Positions 1 through 8,729 of a stretch of 48,414 bases of DNA are shown here, in pieces. The stretch is from Verrucomicrobiales bacterium (GTDB taxonomy: Bacteria > Verrucomicrobiota > Verrucomicrobiia > Verrucomicrobiales > V1-33). The first letter of the stretch is position 1. Every line of letters starts with the position of its first letter. The position numbers and the translations under genes were made by a program. The notes beneath the pieces were generated by a model that was not told where the DNA came from, did no database searches, and was given only the letters and a program-made list of their open reading frames with translations. The DNA lies in NCBI GenBank assembly GCA_031411295.1, contig JANOAV010000104.1, positions 1-48,414 on the forward strand, read 5' to 3'.

Positions 1-94
1 CAAGGAAAGCGCGTGCCGTGGCGATGCCCAAGCCACCGTTGGCTCCGGTAATGAGGTGGGTGCGGGGTGAAATGGCAGAAGCAGATTCGAGCAT
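1..94 (-). CDS. SDR-family oxidoreductase, N-terminus only (runs off the window edge; not in the ORF track)
   Basis: Reverse complement from ATG at 94 reads MLESASAISPRTHLITGANGGLGIATARAFL, containing the classical SDR TGxxxGxG motif; starts 6 nt after the MATE stop. Confidence 0.8.
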   Translation of the reverse strand, partial: MLESASAISPRTHLITGANGGLGIATARAFL

Positions 95-100
95 GGGACA

Positions 101-1468
101 TCAAACCAAAACCGGCTCTGCAAGCAAGCGAATGCGACGCCATTTTCCCCGCTGCCAGCGAATCCGAAACGCCAGCCCCTGACAGGCCACATAAATGGCG
201 GCCACAGCCCATACGCCTGAGGACTCCCATGCCGAATGATATCGAATCATTAAAGTCCCGCCGCCCACTAAAATGCAGGCCGTGAGGATGATCTGCATAG
301 CGGTGGGCCAAGCCGTGTCTCCTGCGCCTTGGAGGGCTTCAATGTAGGTCACATTCATGGCATCAAAGTATTGGAACGCAGCCACCCAGATCATCCCTTG
401 GACCCCCAGCGCGATGACTTCGGGATCATCTGTGAACCAACTCATGATGGTGCCTTTTGCGCAGAAATAGATTACGCCCATGATTGCCATGTAGGTGGAA
501 ATGATGAGGAAGGCCACTTTGCAGAGGCGCTTTGCCTGAAGGAAATCCCGCTCTCCTTGAGCCTTCCCTACAAGGGTGGCCAATGCCTGCCCCAACCCAG
601 CAGCGGGCGCGAAAGAAAAGCGAATGCAGGCAGAAAGGATCGTCTGGGCCGCGAGGTGTTTATAACCGAAATGACCGATTAACCATGCTAAGAGCACGCC
701 CCAGGAAAACAAATCCAGTGCCCCCTGCACGCCGCTGGGCACGCCTACTTTGAGCAATTGAGTCATCCGCTGGCGCGAGAACCGCCAAGCGCGATGTCCA
801 TAGACCCGAAGGCTTTTCATCCCGAGAAAGCAGCTGAGGAGAAAGCCGGCCTGTGCCGCCGTGGCCATCACGGTGCCCCACGCGGCACCGACAAACCCCA
901 TGGCTGGAATTTGGTCCGTGCCAAAAATTAGGGCGTAATTTAAGCCTGCGTTGAGCAGCACCCCCCCCACGCTTGTGGCCATGGGAATCCACGGGCGCTC
1001 ACAGGCCACAAAAAATCCCGATAAAGCGGAAACGACCATGGTTGGGAGCACAGAAAGCAGGCAAATTTGAAAGTAGCTGACTTCCAGTGCCAGAATCCGC
1101 TCACCAACCGAAGGCAGGAGCGTCCGCATCACCACCTCCGCTGTGGGGCTGTAGGCGAGCACCGCAAGTCCGAAAAGGATGGCCGCATAAATTCCCTGCC
1201 AAGCATGGCGACCTGCCTCCCAAGGGCGCTTGGCTCCCAATGAAGTTGCGGCAAACGTGTTTACGGAGGTGAGGGTCTCGCTGCCGAACACCAGCAGCAG
1301 GCCGACAATCAAGCCCGCCGGTGTTACTGCGGCTAGTTCCTCAGGGCCTAGTCTGCCTACCATCAAGGCATCCGTGACCATCATGAGCACAGTGCTGTAG
1401 CCAGTGACCACCATCGGCAGTCCCAGTTGGAGCAGTCGACGTGCGTCATCGCGGGGCCGAGAAATCAT
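101..1468 (-). CDS. MATE-family efflux transporter
   Basis: 455 aa, about 12 hydrophobic segments; D..MVGRLG.EELAA, LN..LNY.LIFG, P.MG..GAA..T and LQGAGDT motifs. Confidence 0.9.
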   Translation of the reverse strand: MISRPRDDARRLLQLGLPMVVTGYSTVLMMVTDALMVGRLGPEELAAVTPAGLIVGLLLVFGSETLTSVNTFAATSLGAKRPWEAGRHAWQGIYAAILFGLAVLAYSPTAEVVMRTLLPSVGERILALEVSYFQICLLSVLPTMVVSALSGFFVACERPWIPMATSVGGVLLNAGLNYALIFGTDQIPAMGFVGAAWGTVMATAAQAGFLLSCFLGMKSLRVYGHRAWRFSRQRMTQLLKVGVPSGVQGALDLFSWGVLLAWLIGHFGYKHLAAQTILSACIRFSFAPAAGLGQALATLVGKAQGERDFLQAKRLCKVAFLIISTYMAIMGVIYFCAKGTIMSWFTDDPEVIALGVQGMIWVAAFQYFDAMNVTYIEALQGAGDTAWPTAMQIILTACILVGGGTLMIRYHSAWESSGVWAVAAIYVACQGLAFRIRWQRGKWRRIRLLAEPVLV

Positions 1469-1528
1469 TGCTTAATTAAACTTAAATATTTGACAAATAA
1501 AGAAATTTCGATTGAAATGAACTGTGTT

Positions 1529-1537
1529 TGCTATAAT
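1529..1537 (+). promoter_or_regulatory. Extended -10 element (TGnTATAAT) in the AT-rich divergent intergenic region upstream of the SBP-kinase operon
   Basis: Exact TGCTATAAT at 1529-1537, 32 nt before ATG 1570; TTGACA at 1490 and TTGAAA at 1512 are present but at non-canonical spacing. Confidence 0.5.
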
Positions 1538-1569
1538 AATTGTAAATCTCATGAATCCTCGATAGATCA

Positions 1570-2829
1570 ATGGCCACCATCAACCTCGGCACCAACCTAT
1601 TCCGCGGAACTTGCTCCCCCAACCCAACCCAATTTCAGCGTTCGGGAGGTCCGGTAGCAGTTTTGGCATCGCTATGGCTAACCTGCTTGGTCGGTTGCGA
1701 CAAAACTCCGCCTGTCGCGACGGTGCCCATTAAGGAAGAGGAAAAAAAAGTCGTCGTGATCAACTTCGACCAATATTTTGCGCCCAAAGTGCTGGAAGCC
1801 TTCACCACCCGCACCGGGATTGCCGTTGAGGTCAAAACGATTGAGAGCACCGACGAATTGCAGCAACTGCTGCGCGCGGCCCCGGATGCCTACGATGTGA
1901 TTATAACCGAGGAATCGGCGATAACGGATTTGAGTGAGCGTCGTTTGTTGCTGCCACTGAATCCGGCGTTAGTGCCCCATAAAAAAGCCAATATCGATCC
2001 GCAATACCTGCGTCAGCCATGCGATCCAGATGATCAATACACGGTGCCTTATCTCTGGGGAACCACCTTGGTGGCCTATCGTAAGGATCACTTCCCGACA
2101 CCGCCGCGTGAAAGCTTGGATTTGCTTTTTGATCCCAGTTTAAAGGGGAAAGTGTCCCTGCTCGACGAGCGCAATGAGTGCTATATGATGGCGCTGCTGA
2201 AGATGGGGGCGATTCCAGCTACAGCACAGGCTGATCAGTTTGAGGTGGCTTCGGGGCTGGTGCGGGATCTCATTGTAAAGCATGAAGCCCGTTTCGGTTC
2301 GGATAATCAAATGAAGGAACATCTCTTGAGCGGTGAGTCCAGCGTGGCTTTAATGTATAGCGGGGATGCGGCTATCATTGCGCAGGATAACCCCAATATT
2401 TCCTTCTTTATTCCAAGTGAAGGCGCCACCATTTGGATCGACTACTGCGCCATTCCTCGGGACACGCCAAGGCCAAAAAACGCCCATTTGTTTATTGATT
2501 TCCTAACTGAAAAGGAGAATGCTGCCGAAAGTTCCAATTTTCTGCGCTACGCTTCACCAAACCTGAAAGCGGGTGATCTAATTGAGGCCAGCTTGCTCAG
2601 TGATCGAACGATTTATCCTTCTCAGGAAGTCCGGCAACGCTGCACCCCCATTCCTGCTTGGACGCCAGAGCAGCAGCGCCTCATGAATGCCGGCTGGAAA
2701 ATCGCCCAAGAGGCGGAAAATTTACTGCGCGCGCGTCGAGACTCCCCCATTCCTTCACGCACGAATGCCGCAACTCCATCCGCAGAGCCGAGTGAATCCC
2801 TGGGGGTCGAACCAGCCCAACCAAAATAG
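1570..2829 (+). CDS. PotD/PotF-like polyamine-type solute-binding lipoprotein
   Basis: Lipobox LVGC; F...TGI.V, YTVPYLWGT, LFDP.LKGKV, YSGDA, IPSEGA.IWID and A.LFIDFL motifs of PotD/PotF; the start may lie further downstream. Confidence 0.85.
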   Translation: MATINLGTNLFRGTCSPNPTQFQRSGGPVAVLASLWLTCLVGCDKTPPVATVPIKEEEKKVVVINFDQYFAPKVLEAFTTRTGIAVEVKTIESTDELQQLLRAAPDAYDVIITEESAITDLSERRLLLPLNPALVPHKKANIDPQYLRQPCDPDDQYTVPYLWGTTLVAYRKDHFPTPPRESLDLLFDPSLKGKVSLLDERNECYMMALLKMGAIPATAQADQFEVASGLVRDLIVKHEARFGSDNQMKEHLLSGESSVALMYSGDAAIIAQDNPNISFFIPSEGATIWIDYCAIPRDTPRPKNAHLFIDFLTEKENAAESSNFLRYASPNLKAGDLIEASLLSDRTIYPSQEVRQRCTPIPAWTPEQQRLMNAGWKIAQEAENLLRARRDSPIPSRTNAATPSAEPSESLGVEPAQPK

Positions 2830-2852
2830 ACTGATCCGTCCCCTTTTCCCGT

Positions 2853-5522
2853 ATGAAGTCCCTCCAGTCTAGACTTTTGATCATCCTGATTACCCTTGGA
2901 TTAATCCCCTTGGGGCTCAGTTTGCTAATCAACGGTTTCTTTACTGAGGGGACCTTGCTGCATTCCAAACACACGGAGATGCGGAATTTTGCGAATGAAA
3001 TTAAGCGCCAAATCGACCACAACGTGGAAGCGATCCAATTGGAACTGAAGGCGGTCGCGCACACCCCATCCTTCACCCATCCCGATACTTCAGTGGCTGA
3101 TCTCCAACGTGATCTGGAGCGAATTGCATCAACTTCCAGATTTTGCCAAACGATGACGCTGCTGTCGTCAAGCGGCTACGTGCAGGCCTGCTCGGACCCC
3201 CTGAGTGACCGGGAGCAAGATCGCAAAGTATCAGGCATCGTAGCCAGCGGCAAACCCGAGGCATTTGCCCCTGCGATCCACCCAGCTGATCAGCACAAGC
3301 TATTTGTGGAATTCTATTATCCTGTGTCGGACCAAACTGGCAAGGGACTGCGTGCCGTCCGGGCGGATGTCTCACTCACTGCTATTTCCGACATTTTGCG
3401 TGAAGCCCATTTTGGGCAGAATGGAAAATTCGTGCTGTTGGACAGCCGTAATAATGTGCTTTATCATGAAAAGTCGGAAAACTTGCTGCGCAACTTTACC
3501 GCAATTTCCGGGGTGGATTTTACCATCATGCCTGAGGGGGGGGAATTCGCTCAAGGCAACGACGCCTTGATCTATGATAGTCTGGTAATTCCCAAAGGGG
3601 CGGTCTTCCCGACCAATAATTGGAAGCTCATCACGACCATGGACAAGACTGAGGCCATGGAATTAGTCCGGCATACGCGCTGGACCGCCCTGGGTATCGC
3701 CTCGTTATTCATAACCATTACGGCGGTCGTTGGATACCTCTTGGCCAACAGCATCGCTAGGCCTGTGGAGGCCGCCAGTCGTGCGGCGCGGGCAGTGGCG
3801 GGGGGGGACATGCAAACCCGCTTGGAAGACCACGGGGCTCAAGAATTGAAAGAACTCGCCCAAGCATTTAATCAAATGACCTTTCAAGTGCTCCAACATC
3901 AGGAGCAATTAGAGTTGATGGTGGCGAGCCGCACGCGCAAGTATCAGGACTCGCAGCACACTTTGGCAGAAACGACCGCCCAACTCCACGCGGCCAATGA
4001 GGCCACCAAAGAGGGCATCTTTGTCGTCAATCGCGCTGGTGAAGTTATCACCGCCAACGGCCAGATGAAGGACCTCTTCGGCCTGACTTCCGATCAACTC
4101 CGGCAACGTCCGTTGGCGGACATTGGTCATGACCTTTGTGTCCGGTTCCGCAATCCAGATGCTTTCGCCTCGCTCTGGGAAGCTTCCTTGAGTGATCAAG
4201 CAATCATTTCCGAGACCGAGTGGGTTCTCATCGCCCCCAGCCCCAAGACGATTAGCATCTATACCTCCCCGGTGTTGGACCAAGCCGGGCAAGCGATTGC
4301 TCGCCTCTGGATGTTCCGCGATATCACCAATCAACGATTGCTGGAGGACTCACTTCGTCAGGCCCAAAAAATGGAAGCCGTGGGTCGCTTGGCGGGAGGG
4401 GTGGCACACGATTTCAACAATTTGCTGCAAGGGATTCTGGGTAACCTTTTCTTGGTGCAACAAGACCCTGTGTTGCGCTCCCATGAGGACGTCCGCCGTT
4501 GTGTTCACTCCGCTCGTAACGCCGGTCTCCGGGCGGCCGAGTTGGTCAAAGGGTTGCTTGGATTTTCCCGTCAAACCCATCTCAGTCTGAGCCGATGTGA
4601 CGTCAATGAGGTGCTGCAGCTGACGGAGGCTCTGGTCCGTCCCACCTTCGATCCCCGCATCACCATGACCACAGACCTCCAAGAGCGGATTTGGGGGGTA
4701 AACGCCGACGGGAACCAGATCGAGCAGGTCATTATGAATATGATCGTGAACGCACGAGACGCCATGCCCAACGGTGGGAGTCTCATCCTCACCACGAGGA
4801 ACATCGTCATTCCGGCCGACCGAATTACCTTTATTCCAGGCTCCGCCCCAGGAGAGTTTGTGCGGATATCTGTGACCGATGAAGGCACTGGGATGACTGA
4901 AGAGGTGCGGGAGAAGATTTTCGAGCCTTTCTTCACCACCAAGGAGCAAGGGAAAGGGACCGGGTTGGGCTTGGCCACAAGCTTCGGGATTGTCCAGCAG
5001 CATGGAGGTTGGATCAATTGTGATTCAGTGCCCGGGCACGGCACCACATTCCATATCTTCCTTCCCCGGAATGAGGTTGGAGCGGCCCTGCCGCCACCAG
5101 AAAAGCGCCCACCGCAAACCATTGGGGGACAGGAGACGATCTTGGTGGTGGACGATGAACTCGTGGTCAGAGCAGTCGCTGAGGCCATCCTGAAAAAGCA
5201 CGGATATAGCATTGTGACTGCCTGTGATGGAGAAGAAGCCTTGGATAAGCTAGCCAGACATGATGGAGAAATCGATCTGGTGCTAATGGATATGACGATG
5301 CCCCGGCTTAGCGGCATGGACACCTTCCGCCACATGCGGAAGGGGCAGGCCCCCAACGTGCCAGTGGTCATTTGCAGTGGCTACTTGGTCGATCTAAGTG
5401 GTTTTCTGGAACAGACTGGCTCGGTGCCTAATGGATTTTTGCAGAAGCCCTACGACATTGAAGACATGTCCCGCACCGTGCGACGCGTATTGGATGAGAC
5501 CTCGGCCCTCAAAACGCGTTAA
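2853..5522 (+). CDS. Hybrid sensor histidine kinase (TM, Cache-like periplasmic domain, TM, HAMP, PAS, HisKA, HATPase, REC)
   Basis: Two TM segments; HAMP ELKELAQAFNQM; H-box AHDFNNLL; N-box NARDAM; DEGTGM, FEPFFTTK and GTGLGL; receiver with VDDE, LMDMTMP and QKPY. Confidence 0.93.
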   Translation: MKSLQSRLLIILITLGLIPLGLSLLINGFFTEGTLLHSKHTEMRNFANEIKRQIDHNVEAIQLELKAVAHTPSFTHPDTSVADLQRDLERIASTSRFCQTMTLLSSSGYVQACSDPLSDREQDRKVSGIVASGKPEAFAPAIHPADQHKLFVEFYYPVSDQTGKGLRAVRADVSLTAISDILREAHFGQNGKFVLLDSRNNVLYHEKSENLLRNFTAISGVDFTIMPEGGEFAQGNDALIYDSLVIPKGAVFPTNNWKLITTMDKTEAMELVRHTRWTALGIASLFITITAVVGYLLANSIARPVEAASRAARAVAGGDMQTRLEDHGAQELKELAQAFNQMTFQVLQHQEQLELMVASRTRKYQDSQHTLAETTAQLHAANEATKEGIFVVNRAGEVITANGQMKDLFGLTSDQLRQRPLADIGHDLCVRFRNPDAFASLWEASLSDQAIISETEWVLIAPSPKTISIYTSPVLDQAGQAIARLWMFRDITNQRLLEDSLRQAQKMEAVGRLAGGVAHDFNNLLQGILGNLFLVQQDPVLRSHEDVRRCVHSARNAGLRAAELVKGLLGFSRQTHLSLSRCDVNEVLQLTEALVRPTFDPRITMTTDLQERIWGVNADGNQIEQVIMNMIVNARDAMPNGGSLILTTRNIVIPADRITFIPGSAPGEFVRISVTDEGTGMTEEVREKIFEPFFTTKEQGKGTGLGLATSFGIVQQHGGWINCDSVPGHGTTFHIFLPRNEVGAALPPPEKRPPQTIGGQETILVVDDELVVRAVAEAILKKHGYSIVTACDGEEALDKLARHDGEIDLVLMDMTMPRLSGMDTFRHMRKGQAPNVPVVICSGYLVDLSGFLEQTGSVPNGFLQKPYDIEDMSRTVRRVLDETSALKTR

Positions 5523-5583
5523 CTAACCCATCTCTAACTGAATGCAGCCGCCTTTCCGTTGGGGTTCGTTCAAGTAATGGAAA

Positions 5584-8352
5584 TCATTTACCCAGTCTGC
5601 GTAGTTGGTCTTGAGCCCAATTCAGGGCTTTCTTGGCTGCTTCATTTTGCGGCTCCAAAGCCACGATTTTCTGCCCTAGTGCCGCGGCCTCAGTGAAGGC
5701 TTCAAGCGCGTCGGCCTTTTTGCTCAAGGCCTCGTAGATCCTCCCCAGGGCCGCCTGGCCCCGGGCCTGCCCTTGCAGCGTAGCTGCCTGATCATCGCTG
5801 GCGAGTCCTGCTTCCCCTGCCAGTTCGTCCAGAATGGCGCGCGCGCGCAACGCACCCTTTAACGCTTCGCCATGCTTACCGGTATCGGTTTGCCACTCCG
5901 CCACCCGCAACAGAGCCGCAGCAAAGTGCAATCGATAGCGCGGCTCTGCGTGATTTCGCTCTGTCAGATTTGCGTGATAGTTGACCGCACTCTGCGCAAA
6001 CGTTAGTGCGTCTGCCAAGCCCATGGGACCAGCCACCAGGTCTGCCACATCGCCATAGGCATCACCGAGGTCAAAAGTGTAAATCTCCTTATCTGGTTGT
6101 TCCGTAACGAGTTCCAAGAGAATCCGAATTCCTTGATTTAAAGCTTTGCTAGCGGCGTTGGCTCCGTCCGGACCACGCGCCAGAATGCGCCCCATGGCCA
6201 AGTATCCACTCGCTAAGCGGTAGCGCCCTTCTTCGGATTGGGGATGTTCCCGATCCCAATCACGCAGTTTTTGCAACGGTTGAAGGAAACTTTTCAGCGC
6301 ATCGTCGTCGCGTTTTAAAGCCACGTAAGCCCGGCCCAGATCATGAAAGGAATCCACAAACAGAAACACATCGCTGTCGCGCATGGCGGGGGACAAGATG
6401 AGGCGGGTCGCGGTGTCGCCCGCTAAATTTAACGGAGCCAGAGCCGCCGTGGGATCGGGTTTGGATAACTGGGCCCGACCAGTCAGCCAGGCGGCCCGGG
6501 CCAACTCGCGCAGGGCGGAGAAATCCTCCGATTGGACGCTTAGATAGCCCTCCAAGCTCTTCAGCGCTTGTCCCAGTTGCTGGAGGGCCTCGGCGGACTG
6601 GCCTTTTTGCAGGCTCAATTCCCCCCTGCGGGATTGGATTTTGCCGCCCAGTAGATCCCACTCAATCCGGCGTTCTTTATTGTTAGTGGCCGCCGCCGCC
6701 GCTTCCACTTCGCCAAGCGCTTCATTGAGCCATCCGGCCGCAGCTTGGGGTTCCCCCAAGGCCAAGGCAATGCCGGCCATGTTCCATCTGGTGCGGGCAC
6801 TTGATTCTCTGAGGCTGGGATCTTTACCCATAAGCTTAAGACGCTCAGAGGCTTGCGCAGTATAATCACTTAAGCTGGCCCGCCATGCTTCATTGGCGCG
6901 TTCATCGGTGGGTCGCTGCCCCAGCAGGGTGTCCAACAGCGAGTCGCCTAATTCTTGTTCCTGCCGCAGATTACGTCGCAGTCGCTGCTGCTCATCCAAC
7001 GCCAGTTTTGCTTGGAGCATTTGCGCTTCGGTCGTGGCCGCTTCTTTCTGCGAATTTGTGAGCAGTTGATCTGCGACCGATTGCAATCTTTTGGCTTCCG
7101 CCTCGGCGTGATTCCGCTGCCGATATTGCCATCCAGCGACTGATGCAGCCAATAAGGCCGCGGCTCCAGCGCCCAAAGCTACACCTGAACCTTGCCGCAA
7201 ACCAAATTGGGAGAATTTGCGCCACCATCTGAAGGGGAAAGTGGGCGGAGCCAGCTTGCGTTCAGATGGTGCTGCCTTTTTGGCGACTGGCGCTTGCTCC
7301 CTGACTTCCACCAATGGCTTTGGTTCGGATTTCGCGATGCTGGGCTCCGGTAAAGTTCCCAGCTCGGGCAGGACAGTGGGCTTGCGGCTTTCGGTGGCCC
7401 CGTCTTTGCGCTGAGAGCGAATACTTCTGGCTTGGGCCAGCGCGGTGGCCGTTTTCAACGCTGGTTGGACTGCTGCAAAATCGATTAGCTCCAAGTCCGC
7501 TCTGACGTCACGCATATGGCTATAGCGTTCAGTCAAAGTCAGTGCCAGGCAACGCTCCACCAACGCACGCAACTGGGACTCTGCATCCGAACTTGGACGG
7601 GAACGCCAGGCGATGGCGGGCTCTTGCTCCAAGGCTTGGGCCAGTTCTCCTAAATTGACCGTGACCTTCCCTTCCGCATCTGGCCGCAGCTTGGCGATTT
7701 TTTTGAAATAATCCACCGCTCGCGCGTGCTTGCGGCCAGTTAACAGGTGAAATGCGACCATCCCAAAGGCATACACATCCCATGCTTCCCCGGAACTCTC
7801 GCCCTGGGGGGCCTCATGGCGGCAACGCTCTGGGCTGAGGAAGGGGGCGTGAGCGGACCAGTTCGCTGCTTGGCTGGCATCGATCAGCCCCTGGCCCACA
7901 TCCGTCACGCAGACACTACCGGGTGACTCGTTGAGCAACAATACGTTACCTGAAGTTATTCCAGTGTGGATGATGCCCCGCTCATGCAACCACGACATGG
8001 CGGAAGCCAAGCCACTGAGTGCGGCTCCCTTTTCAGTGAAGGACCATTTCCTAGTAGCATCATCCAAGGAGCGAATTCCGTTGGCGGGAGGCTGCACCCA
8101 AGCAGTGGCGGCATAACCTGGAACTTGGGCCAAGTCGAAGCCCAGCACTGGAATGATGTTGGGATGCCGTTCTTCCTCCCGGAGTTTTTCCAAGCACCAA
8201 CTGACGTAAGCCTCGTTAATTGAACGCTTATCAAATATTTTTACGGCACATTCCAGCCGGCCATCCCACTCGGCACGATAGACTTTCCCAAAGCTTCCAG
8301 TGCCTTGGATTTCGTGGAGGGTGTAATTGGAAATGATCGGTATGGCTGGCAT
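5584..8352 (-). CDS. Ser/Thr kinase-like protein (probable pseudokinase) with TM helix, coiled coil and TPR-like repeats
   Basis: GTGSFGKVY, AVK, HPNI, SPE and DVYAFG are present, but the catalytic loop is HTGITSGN and DFG is DVG; hydrophobic GVALGAGAAALLAASVAGW; Ala/Leu-rich helical repeats at the C-terminus. Confidence 0.85.
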   Translation of the reverse strand: MPAIPIISNYTLHEIQGTGSFGKVYRAEWDGRLECAVKIFDKRSINEAYVSWCLEKLREEERHPNIIPVLGFDLAQVPGYAATAWVQPPANGIRSLDDATRKWSFTEKGAALSGLASAMSWLHERGIIHTGITSGNVLLLNESPGSVCVTDVGQGLIDASQAANWSAHAPFLSPERCRHEAPQGESSGEAWDVYAFGMVAFHLLTGRKHARAVDYFKKIAKLRPDAEGKVTVNLGELAQALEQEPAIAWRSRPSSDAESQLRALVERCLALTLTERYSHMRDVRADLELIDFAAVQPALKTATALAQARSIRSQRKDGATESRKPTVLPELGTLPEPSIAKSEPKPLVEVREQAPVAKKAAPSERKLAPPTFPFRWWRKFSQFGLRQGSGVALGAGAAALLAASVAGWQYRQRNHAEAEAKRLQSVADQLLTNSQKEAATTEAQMLQAKLALDEQQRLRRNLRQEQELGDSLLDTLLGQRPTDERANEAWRASLSDYTAQASERLKLMGKDPSLRESSARTRWNMAGIALALGEPQAAAGWLNEALGEVEAAAAATNNKERRIEWDLLGGKIQSRRGELSLQKGQSAEALQQLGQALKSLEGYLSVQSEDFSALRELARAAWLTGRAQLSKPDPTAALAPLNLAGDTATRLILSPAMRDSDVFLFVDSFHDLGRAYVALKRDDDALKSFLQPLQKLRDWDREHPQSEEGRYRLASGYLAMGRILARGPDGANAASKALNQGIRILLELVTEQPDKEIYTFDLGDAYGDVADLVAGPMGLADALTFAQSAVNYHANLTERNHAEPRYRLHFAAALLRVAEWQTDTGKHGEALKGALRARAILDELAGEAGLASDDQAATLQGQARGQAALGRIYEALSKKADALEAFTEAAALGQKIVALEPQNEAAKKALNWAQDQLRRLGK

Positions 8353-8647
8353 GTGGGGAGAGCAACGAACGGGGAAGGGTCAGGCGGGGAACCCAAGAAG
8401 GCATTGAGCAGGCAGTCGGGCAACCACCTAATCTCACGTTTAATAAAATTTGCAGATACGAAATATCAATTTGCAAAAAATTCAAGTCAAAACTAGTTTG
8501 TCATTTCCAACCGGGGCTGACTCCTTGGAAGAATTGATCCCTTAACTGAACCTGTCTACATTTTCCATGAGATTCTGCCCGTCTGCTGTTATTTTCTGCG
8601 CCAGCGCTCTGATGCTAGAAAAAGCCGTGTTTCCTTGCGAATAAGGA

Positions 8648-8676
8648 TTGAATCCAACCGAGAATTCCCCTAGAGT
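8648..8676 (+). promoter_or_regulatory. Candidate sigma70-type promoter for the Ser/Thr kinase
   Basis: TTGAAT-17 nt-TAGAGT, 53 nt upstream of ATG 8730. Confidence 0.4.
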
Positions 8677-8729
8677 CACCAACATTCACGCATTCAGGCT
8701 TCCAAACGAGCCCGAAGCTAGCCAACGCC

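Noticed and set aside
4571..5371. 266-aa and 217-aa minus-strand ORFs over the histidine kinase
   Set aside because: Shadow frames of a conserved GC-rich gene
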